Positions 1-6,712 of a stretch of 42,651 bases of DNA are shown one piece after another. The notes below the pieces were generated by a model. It saw only the letters and a list, made by a program, of their open reading frames with translations. It did not search any database and was not told where the DNA came from. How positions within the stretch are numbered: the first letter of the stretch is position 1; every line of letters starts with the position of its first letter. This DNA is from Methanobacteriota archaeon (GTDB lineage: Archaea; Thermoplasmatota; Thermoplasmata; RBG-16-68-12): the NCBI GenBank assembly GCA_005878385.1, contig VBMN01000078.1, positions 1 through 42,651 on the forward strand. Reading direction: 5' to 3'. Both the position numbers and the translations under genes were made by a program.

Positions 1-7
1 GCCGAGC

Positions 8-2911
8 TCAGAGCTCGTCGTCCGTGGTGTTTTCGCTGCCAGCGTCCGACTGACCTTCGTCGTCCGAACCTTCGCCCGAGGGCTTCTTGATCACTTTCTT
101 TTGCACAACCGGCTGGGGCCCGATCGGTTTGCGGATCACCCGGCGCGGGATCGCTTCGGTGCCGCCTGGACCGCCGGACTGGGCGCCCGACGAACCGTAG
201 GGGGACGCCTGGCCTCCCGCGGGGCTCTCCGGGGGCGGGCTGCCTCCGGGACGTCGCGCCTGGATCACCGGGGCTGCACCCCCGCTCCCGCCTCCGCTCG
301 GCGGTCGGGGCGTCTCGCGCATGAGCGAACCGCACTTGTGGCAGACGTTGGCCGTGACGGAGTTGAGGGTGCCGCAGGTGGGGCACGGCTTCGAGCCCAT
401 CTTGCGCATCTCCTCTTCCTCGCGGAGCCAATCCTCGAATGTCACGAAGGTCGGCTGCTTGCGCCACCACTCCTGGAACTCGCGGTCAGACAACGCGCGG
501 CCGAGTTGCCGGGATGCTTCCTCCTTGAACTTCGTCACGACCTCGTCGTACTGGAGTCGCATCTTCTCCTGGTAGTCGGCCATCTCGACCTGACCGGTCG
601 CGAACTCGACACCGCACTCGGGGCATTGTTTCACGTCGACCGGGATCCAAGCCTGGCAGTTCGAGCACTTCGCCATGTCCTTCTCGAACTCGACACCGCA
701 CTTCGGGCACGACGTCGCGTCCTCAGGGATGAAGGCGCCGCACTCGCCGCACTCGACCATCTTGCCGAGGCCATAGATCTTCCAGTACAGCGTGACGCCG
801 ATCACCGCCGCGGCCGCTGCCGCGAGGATGATGAAGAACAGCCAATAGGGCAGGCCGAGGATCGGCACTGTTTGGTTCAGGAACGGCACGTTCTTTCGGA
901 CCGAGATGGTCTGTGTGCTCGGCTGGATAGACCCCGCCGTGGGCGTGACGACCACGCTGTAGGATCCGTCCTGCGTACCGGCGGGAACCATGATCATCCC
1001 CACGAACAAGCCTTGGTCTCCCGAGGCGGATTGGTTCGTCGCGACGACGGCCGTGCCGGAACGCAGCTCGATCGTCAGAGAGATGCCGACGATGGCGGCG
1101 TCACTTCCCGTGGCCTTTACGTATCCCGTCACGACAAGTTGGGATCCCGGCTCCACGGACTGGCCCGACCCGGGATTCTGAATCGCGACGTATCCGGCCG
1201 GAGGTGGTGCGACGTTCAGGGTGACGTTCGCGAAGTTGTTGTTCTCCTGGGCGGCCCCACCTTCGTCGATCGTGTTGAGCGGATCGACCACGAGCATGAG
1301 TGTCTGAGCACCGACTTGGTTGATCGCCGCCACGTTCAGGGTCTGGTTCACGGATCCGCCGGTGACGATCGTCAGTCCATTCACCCGCGCGACCTCGGAG
1401 CTGCGGTTCCCGTTCAGATAGGCGGCGATGGACACGGCACTCGCGTCCGTCTGGCCCCGGTTGTAGATCTTGGCGGTCACCGTGAACGGCTGGCTCTGGA
1501 TCACGTTCTGGGTGGAGCTGTAGTCCGTTTGTCGCAGCTCGAGATCGGGTCCCGTCCGGACTTGCACGGTGTTGAAGGTGTACGTGGCCCAGTGGTTGTT
1601 GTCTGCGACACTCACCGCCGGGTACGCGTTGAACGAGACGCCGTCCGTGACCGTCGCGGCCGCGTAGGTCAGAACCTCGCGGAAGTTCCCGAACGACTGT
1701 CCGTTCGGCAACGTCGCGGCTGTGATCTGATCTGTATACAGCGGGATCCTCGCGCGGCCGGTACTGTCCGTCCGGTTCCACGCGTTCAGACCGCTGGCGC
1801 TTCGGCCCAGGTACCACAGTGTGCGCGAGCTCGGGATCGACGAAGGCCCGTTGTCGGGATACTGCGCCGTCGCTCCGGTGGGACTCGACGATGACCAAAT
1901 CCCCGTGCCCGCCACCGCGAACGCGGTCCGGTCGAGGACCGTGGCATCGAGCCAGCGGAACAGATTCACCGCGCCGCCGGGCGCCGGCACAAACGCCGCT
2001 GTCCAGTTCGAGCTGTAGATCGGGTCCTGCGCCCGATCAATCGTGACGTTGTACAGGTACGCCGTCGATGTTCCGTCGACGTGGAATTCGTTGTGAATTC
2101 CGACGACGTTCGAGTAATCCACGCTAAGGTAAGAGTCGTACGCGTACACCGTGCTGGATCCGCTGACGGTCAGGTTGAAGTTCGCCGCACCGCCCCGGCC
2201 TCCCTCAGAGAACCGGCTGTCCTGGTAGATGCGGTCGATCGAGGATCGATAGAGGCTCGCGGTCGTCGACGCGGTCCATGCGATAATCGGGCCGTCGTTG
2301 TTGAGCTCCGAGTCAAGTCCCGAATTCTGGAGTTCCGTGTCGTTGAAGCCGGTGATCGTAGAGTCCGTGATGTTCAGCGAGGCGCCCGTCGCGTTGAACC
2401 ATCCTGGGAATTTCAGCATCGCTCCGTTCGACATGACGAACTGGCTGCCGGCTCCCGAAACGGTCAATGCGAGCTTCAAGTACGGATTGATCGCCGTTGG
2501 GTTGGTTGTGACGACCGAGTTGTCAAGAATCAAGGCGCCACCTGCATTCACCGTCAGGGCGTATCCCATGTGGCTAGCATCCTTCGAGAACTTGAGGCCC
2601 CCGTTGATCAAGGTGAGGCTGCCTCCGGAGTTGATCGTGATCGAACCGTCGACCGTGTAGAATACCCCACTGCAAACCTGGGGTGTGTTGATCGTCCAGT
2701 CCCCGGTGATGTTGATCCCGATCTGATCGCACGAGCCCGCCCGCGTAGCGGGGCTCAGGGCGACAATCGCCGCGAAGATCCCGCCAAGGGCGATGGACCA
2801 TACGATCAAGAGGCTGAGTGCCCTGCCATTCCGTCCGGCTCGGTTCGACATCCGAAGACCTCCCAAGGTCGAGTCCCGCAGAACCTCCGCAATACTGCGA
2901 CCGGTGGGCAT
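8..2911 (-). CDS. Large single-pass surface protein: beta-helix-like repeats, CARDB-like and Ig-like ectodomain, TM helix, cytoplasmic tail with three zinc ribbons and a G/P/S-rich acidic end
   Basis: 967-aa ORF with protein-like composition. N-terminal anchor LSLLIVWSIALGGIFAAIVAL. Repetitive G-x-L-x-L/N-S strands suggest a parallel beta-helix. CARDB-like stretch PDLELRQ..IYNRGQTDA..VDPLNTIDEGGAAQENNN. TM helix LPYWLFFIILAAAAAAVIGVTLYW. Ribbons CGECGAFIPEDATSCPKCG, CSNCQAWIPVDVKQCPECG and CPTCGTLNSVTANVCHKCG. A TATA box lies about 27 nt upstream of ATG 2911. Confidence 0.8.
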   Translation of the reverse strand: MPTGRSIAEVLRDSTLGGLRMSNRAGRNGRALSLLIVWSIALGGIFAAIVALSPATRAGSCDQIGINITGDWTINTPQVCSGVFYTVDGSITINSGGSLTLINGGLKFSKDASHMGYALTVNAGGALILDNSVVTTNPTAINPYLKLALTVSGAGSQFVMSNGAMLKFPGWFNATGASLNITDSTITGFNDTELQNSGLDSELNNDGPIIAWTASTTASLYRSSIDRIYQDSRFSEGGRGGAANFNLTVSGSSTVYAYDSYLSVDYSNVVGIHNEFHVDGTSTAYLYNVTIDRAQDPIYSSNWTAAFVPAPGGAVNLFRWLDATVLDRTAFAVAGTGIWSSSSPTGATAQYPDNGPSSIPSSRTLWYLGRSASGLNAWNRTDSTGRARIPLYTDQITAATLPNGQSFGNFREVLTYAAATVTDGVSFNAYPAVSVADNNHWATYTFNTVQVRTGPDLELRQTDYSSTQNVIQSQPFTVTAKIYNRGQTDASAVSIAAYLNGNRSSEVARVNGLTIVTGGSVNQTLNVAAINQVGAQTLMLVVDPLNTIDEGGAAQENNNFANVTLNVAPPPAGYVAIQNPGSGQSVEPGSQLVVTGYVKATGSDAAIVGISLTIELRSGTAVVATNQSASGDQGLFVGMIMVPAGTQDGSYSVVVTPTAGSIQPSTQTISVRKNVPFLNQTVPILGLPYWLFFIILAAAAAAVIGVTLYWKIYGLGKMVECGECGAFIPEDATSCPKCGVEFEKDMAKCSNCQAWIPVDVKQCPECGVEFATGQVEMADYQEKMRLQYDEVVTKFKEEASRQLGRALSDREFQEWWRKQPTFVTFEDWLREEEEMRKMGSKPCPTCGTLNSVTANVCHKCGSLMRETPRPPSGGGSGGAAPVIQARRPGGSPPPESPAGGQASPYGSSGAQSGGPGGTEAIPRRVIRKPIGPQPVVQKKVIKKPSGEGSDDEGQSDAGSENTTDDEL

Positions 2912-2935
2912 GTTGCGCGGGCCATCCGGGCCCGG

Positions 2936-2945
2936 TTTATAAATA
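2936..2945 (-). promoter_or_regulatory. TATA box (TTTATAAATA) for the 8-2911 gene; leaderless start
   Basis: A/T-only decamer in GC-rich DNA, centred about 29 nt upstream of ATG 2911. The same spacing recurs at about 9 other genes in the window. Confidence 0.55.
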
Positions 2946-3046
2946 GGTTACCGAGCGATTATCTATCGCGATACGGACCTGTTCTCGAGAAAAAGAACGA
3001 CGGGTTCCTATGGAGGAAAGATTTTTATCGTGATTCGTACATGGAA

Positions 3047-3090
3047 ATCGCGAGAAAACCGCGAAATTCGCGGAAAAATCGCGCCAAAAT
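3047..3090. promoter_or_regulatory. About 10-bp phased CGCG + A-tract units containing the inverted repeat CCGCGAA-A-TTCGCGG (3059-3073)
   Basis: Read directly: atCGCGAGAAAAcCGCGAAAttCGCGGAAAAAtCGCGCCAAAAt. It lies 110-150 bp upstream of the 2936 TATA box and just downstream of the stop of 3142-4287. Confidence 0.3.
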
Positions 3091-3141
3091 GCATCGTTCC
3101 ACGCGTGCGGGGGCGCGTTTGTACCCACCACTTCGTTCGGC

Positions 3142-4287
3142 TCAAATCACCTTCTTCTTAAGGACCTTCTTGACGCTCACAGGTGCCTTCTTCGCTCCCT
3201 TCTCATCGTCCCCGCTGAGGCGGTGGCCGCAGGCGTAACACATGATCGCATCCGCGGAGATCATCGTGCCACATGCGGGACAGGGGATTTCCGACTCGTT
3301 TTCCGTTTCCGAGGCTTCTTCCACATCCGATTCCTCGTGCAATCGGTGCCCGCAGGCGTAGCACATGATCGCATCCGCGGAGATCATCGTGCCACATGCG
3401 GGACAGGGGATTTCCGACTCACCTCCCGAGGCGGCCTCCGTCGTCACGGCTGGCTTCCCGGCGGCCTTCGCACTTTGAACCGCAACCACCGGAGCCGCCG
3501 TAGCGGTCTTCGGGGCGACCGACTGGGGGTTCACGGGGATGGGCTGCGGTCGTACGGCCGTAGGCACGGCGGTCGGTGAAACCACAACGCGACCCAAAAC
3601 GGCTGGAGTCGGACTCAAGGGAATCGACGCGGAGGCGCGCATCGATTGTTCCTGCGCAAGCATCTGTTTCTCCTTCTCGAGGAGGCGCTTGCCCTCATCG
3701 GCAATTTTCGCCCGAGCCGTCGCAATCGTTTCCTCTTCGGCCGCGAGCTTCTTCTCACGATCCATCAGCTCGCGACTTCGTTCGATTTGCGTTTGAAGAG
3801 TCGCCTTTTGTTCTTCGAGGAGCTTGACAATCTGTTCTTGCCGTCCCGCGATTTCGTTCTTGCGGGCTGCGATCTCCCGCACGTGCGCGACCGTCTCCGA
3901 ATCTCGATGGGCAATCTCTTCCTCGCGCTTCACGAGCGTGTCGAGCCTCTTCACGAGTTCCTGCTCCCGACTCACGAGTTGGCTTTCCTTCGTCAAGATT
4001 TCCTGTTTCGTCGCGTCGAATTCCTGGTCTCTCTGATCCAATCCTCGTTCCTTCTGCTCGAGTTCCTTCTCACGAGCGCGAAGGCCCTTTTCACGGCCGA
4101 CGACCGAATCGCGTTCGTCCGCGAGCGCGGTCCGCTCCTGTTCCATCATCCGGCGGTCCTCTTCCAGCTTCGAGGCTTGCTCCTGGAGAGACGATTCGCG
4201 TTCCTTGAACTCGGTGTCTCGCGACCTCAGGCTCTCCTCGAGCTTTTTCAGTGCGTCCAGCGCGTCTAGGATTGATGCTTCGGCCAT
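3142..4287 (-). CDS. Coiled-coil protein with a P/A/V-rich linker, two identical C-terminal zinc ribbons and a basic tail
   Basis: 381-aa ORF. About 215 aa are E/K/R/L/Q heptad-rich. ESEIPCPACGTMISADAIMCYACGHRL occurs twice. GGAGGT (4296-4301, minus strand) lies 8 nt before ATG 4287, indicating an operon with the upstream KaiC-like gene. Confidence 0.8.
   Translation of the reverse strand: MAEASILDALDALKKLEESLRSRDTEFKERESSLQEQASKLEEDRRMMEQERTALADERDSVVGREKGLRAREKELEQKERGLDQRDQEFDATKQEILTKESQLVSREQELVKRLDTLVKREEEIAHRDSETVAHVREIAARKNEIAGRQEQIVKLLEEQKATLQTQIERSRELMDREKKLAAEEETIATARAKIADEGKRLLEKEKQMLAQEQSMRASASIPLSPTPAVLGRVVVSPTAVPTAVRPQPIPVNPQSVAPKTATAAPVVAVQSAKAAGKPAVTTEAASGGESEIPCPACGTMISADAIMCYACGHRLHEESDVEEASETENESEIPCPACGTMISADAIMCYACGHRLSGDDEKGAKKAPVSVKKVLKKKVI
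3221..3420. repeat. Intragenic direct duplication: 77-bp units at 3221-3297 and 3344-3420, period 123 bp
   Basis: The two units differ at 2 positions when read by eye. Each encodes one zinc-ribbon module. Confidence 0.9.
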
Positions 4288-4356
4288 GTGCGGCGACCTC
4301 CGGTGTTCGTTCGTGGAGCCGAGCTCTCAGGCATCGGCCGTGGAATCGACATGGGA

Positions 4357-5277
4357 TCACATTCCTCCCGCTTCGAAGATCGGACCCAAGACGGTGAGGC
4401 CGCCCTTACGAATCTCGATCGCGTGCTTCTCCATCGAGTGATCCGTCGAACGCATCTTCTCCACCTGGAGATACCGAACGAGCTTTCCTCGAGAGTGGTC
4501 GAGGCCGAGCAACACGATGCCGTCGACGAGGAAGCCCTCATTGCCGAGGAGCTGGCTTTCCCCGTCCGGGCTTCGTTCCATCACGACGAGGGAGGTCAGC
4601 TCGTTGTCGCGGAGCATCTTGAAGAAATAGAACATCCGCTTGCGCATGTTCGTCGTGTTCTCCATCAGTGAGTACAGGGCCCCGAGCGAGTCCAAGGTGA
4701 AGATCTTGAACTTGTGTCCGTGGACTTTCCGGTAGTGGATGATCATCCGTTCGATGAAGGCGAGGTAATCCGTCTGATCCTCCGGACCGACGACCGCATC
4801 GATCTCGCGCAAATCCGTGAAGTCACTGATCTGCATGTTCATCGAGAGCTCGACGCCGAGCGATTCCATGTTCCGTAGGTGGGACTGGACCGTTTCCTCG
4901 AGCGTGGTGTACAGACCAAACTCCCCGGTGTCCTTCAGGTATCGCGACATGAGCGTGTAGCAAAAGGACGTCTTCATGGAACCGGGAGGGCCGGTCACGA
5001 GGATCACCTTCGGCGGCGAAATGTCGGTGCGGATCACTTTGTCAAGTCCATCAATCGCATTGCGGAAGGCCATGGCCACGCCGTATAGGTCATTGGACGG
5101 GTCCAAGTCCAACTTAATCGTTTTGCGCTGATTATCTACCGGATGACTTATCATTCTCTGGACTGAGTCCGGAAAGTCTTTGTACGCTGGTCCAGGATAG
5201 AAACACGTCGACAAGTCGAGGTGTCGGCTTACGCCAGCGAAGGAAACGAAGGTCTGTCCCGTCTGTGATTCTTCCAT
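4357..5277 (-). CDS. KaiC/RecA-like single-domain ATPase
   Basis: Walker A-like VILVTGPPGSMKTSF (Met replaces the usual Gly before Lys). Acidic pair in YTTLEET. Walker B FKIFTLDSLGAL. The overall KaiC-like layout is preceded by NAIDGLDKVI. ATG 5154 (MISHPVDNQ) is a likely alternative start that avoids overlapping the divergent gene's first zinc knuckle. Confidence 0.8.
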   Translation of the reverse strand: MEESQTGQTFVSFAGVSRHLDLSTCFYPGPAYKDFPDSVQRMISHPVDNQRKTIKLDLDPSNDLYGVAMAFRNAIDGLDKVIRTDISPPKVILVTGPPGSMKTSFCYTLMSRYLKDTGEFGLYTTLEETVQSHLRNMESLGVELSMNMQISDFTDLREIDAVVGPEDQTDYLAFIERMIIHYRKVHGHKFKIFTLDSLGALYSLMENTTNMRKRMFYFFKMLRDNELTSLVVMERSPDGESQLLGNEGFLVDGIVLLGLDHSRGKLVRYLQVEKMRSTDHSMEKHAIEIRKGGLTVLGPIFEAGGM

Positions 5278-5293
5278 CGAGGCGGAAGCCCGC

Positions 5294-6688
5294 GTGTGTC
5301 CTTCCTGTCAGACCGACCTGACGCTGTTCGACCTCGCGGGCGGTCCTCAAGAACCCATCGAGGTGCCCGTGAGAGACGGCCGGAGCATCGACGAGATCCT
5401 CGCCTCGATCATGAACGGCAAGGAAGATCATCGGGAAATCATCGAATCGCTGAAGAGCGTGGCGCGCAACACGTCCGAATCCGGAGAAACCGCGACCGTT
5501 TCCGGGTCCGCCTCCATGATCTCGACCGCACGCGAACTCGGCGAGAAATTCCTCTGTCCCGTGTGCGAGACGCTCGTCGCCGCCGACGCCACCGTCTGTC
5601 CGGCCTGCGGAGCCGAGTTCTCCGAGGGCTCGGCCACCGAGTATGAATGTCCCGTCTGCAAGGCGTCTGTGCCGGCGGACGCCGACCAGTGCCCCAACTG
5701 TGGAGTGCGATTCGCCGATGACAGCGGGGTGGCCAAAGTAGCCCCCCCGGTCCCCGGTCTATCGGGAGCGGTGGTGGACGTGTCGGGGGCGGGAAGGGCT
5801 CCCGCGTTGGCGACCGTCGCCGTGGCGCCGCCTTCCGCGAAACCAACCCGTTCGCCGTTGCAGAATCGGCTGGAAGCGCTCCGGCAGACTCGTCGAGAGG
5901 CGGATCGTCGTATCCCCACGGGCGACCGGAAGCTCCTCTACCGCGAGCTCCCCAAGCTCGTGAACGAGGTGAAGCCCCTCCTGGTCTCCGCGAAACGGAT
6001 CGGGCTCGAGATCGAAGAAGGGAAGCGAATCATCAACGATGCGATTCAGGCAGGGAAAGGGCGCGACATCGAGCGGGCGGTCACGCTCATCGCGGACGCC
6101 CGGCGGGCCCTCGACATCGCCTTCGTGGACTTCATCGGCGGGGGGATCGAGCGTTTCGCGCTAGAGATCCGAGCGGCGAAGGGAGAGGGAGGCGTCGCCG
6201 CCGTGACCCCCGGACTCCTCGAGGCGGTCAGTCGGATGGAGGCGGGTGACTATGACGGCGCCTGGGACACCTACCAGATCGTCCTCGACCGGTTTGAGTC
6301 CGAAGCGAAGGACTTCCATGATGCCCGGAAGACGATCGAAGACGGCGACCGACTCGCACACGAGGTGCGCGGGATGGGGATGGATGTCTCGGCCTCGGAA
6401 CGACTGTTGCGCCAAGCGCGCGAGTCCCTAGAACGGAGGGATGTCGCCACCGCGACGCGTATCGGCACGCAGGCATACGACCGCCTGAAGCGAGATGTCC
6501 CCGAGTTCGTGCAAGAAGAGATGCGAAAGGCCCGGAGCCTGTTGCTCGATCTGAAGCTGAAAGGGAACGACCTCGCCAAGCCGATCGGGATCCTTAAGGA
6601 GGCGAGCACGCTCGTCAAGCGGGAAGCGTGGGCCGAGGCGCTCCGCCAGATTCGGGATTTCCACAAGGAGATTCAACGCCTCGGATGA
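5294..6688 (+). CDS. Multi-zinc-ribbon protein with P/A-rich linker and C-terminal alpha-helical (MIT/TPR-like) repeats
   Basis: Ribbons CPVCETLVAADATVCPACG and CPVCKASVPADADQCPNCG. The first ribbon is split: CPSC follows GTG 5294, but its partner CPVC is encoded in frame at 5255-5266, upstream of any canonical start. Helical repeats include GMDVSASERLLRQARESL and GNDLAKPIGILKEASTLV. Confidence 0.75.
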   Translation: MCPSCQTDLTLFDLAGGPQEPIEVPVRDGRSIDEILASIMNGKEDHREIIESLKSVARNTSESGETATVSGSASMISTARELGEKFLCPVCETLVAADATVCPACGAEFSEGSATEYECPVCKASVPADADQCPNCGVRFADDSGVAKVAPPVPGLSGAVVDVSGAGRAPALATVAVAPPSAKPTRSPLQNRLEALRQTRREADRRIPTGDRKLLYRELPKLVNEVKPLLVSAKRIGLEIEEGKRIINDAIQAGKGRDIERAVTLIADARRALDIAFVDFIGGGIERFALEIRAAKGEGGVAAVTPGLLEAVSRMEAGDYDGAWDTYQIVLDRFESEAKDFHDARKTIEDGDRLAHEVRGMGMDVSASERLLRQARESLERRDVATATRIGTQAYDRLKRDVPEFVQEEMRKARSLLLDLKLKGNDLAKPIGILKEASTLVKREAWAEALRQIRDFHKEIQRLG

Positions 6689-6693
6689 CCTGG

Positions 6694-6712
6694 GCGTCCC
6701 GTCACGGGACGC
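6694..6712. terminator. Hairpin GCGTCCCG-TCA-CGGGACGC between convergent genes
   Basis: Perfect 8-bp stem with a 3-nt loop. The loop is the TGA stop (minus strand) of 6702-8672, and the hairpin sits 6 nt after the stop of 5294-6688. No oligo-T tract is present, so a terminator role is uncertain. Confidence 0.3.

Noticed and set aside
101-1894. 597-aa plus-strand ORF antisense to the surface protein; similar cases at 8835-10166, 15252-16445, 17068-17988, 22013-23611, 24458-25753 and 29436-31253
   Set aside because: All are antisense or off-frame to genes with clear family motifs (pgk, glyS, GTPase, BNR, FAD oxidase, STAND). All are Arg-rich junk, an artefact of high GC content.
5198-5200. In-frame TAG upstream of the split zinc ribbon as a pyrrolysine or read-through codon
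   Set aside because: TAG is used as an ordinary stop by several confident genes here (13628, 17191, 20278 minus strand, 23453, 37779 minus strand). No pyl genes or methylamine methyltransferases are visible. An indel or a non-canonical start is more parsimonious.
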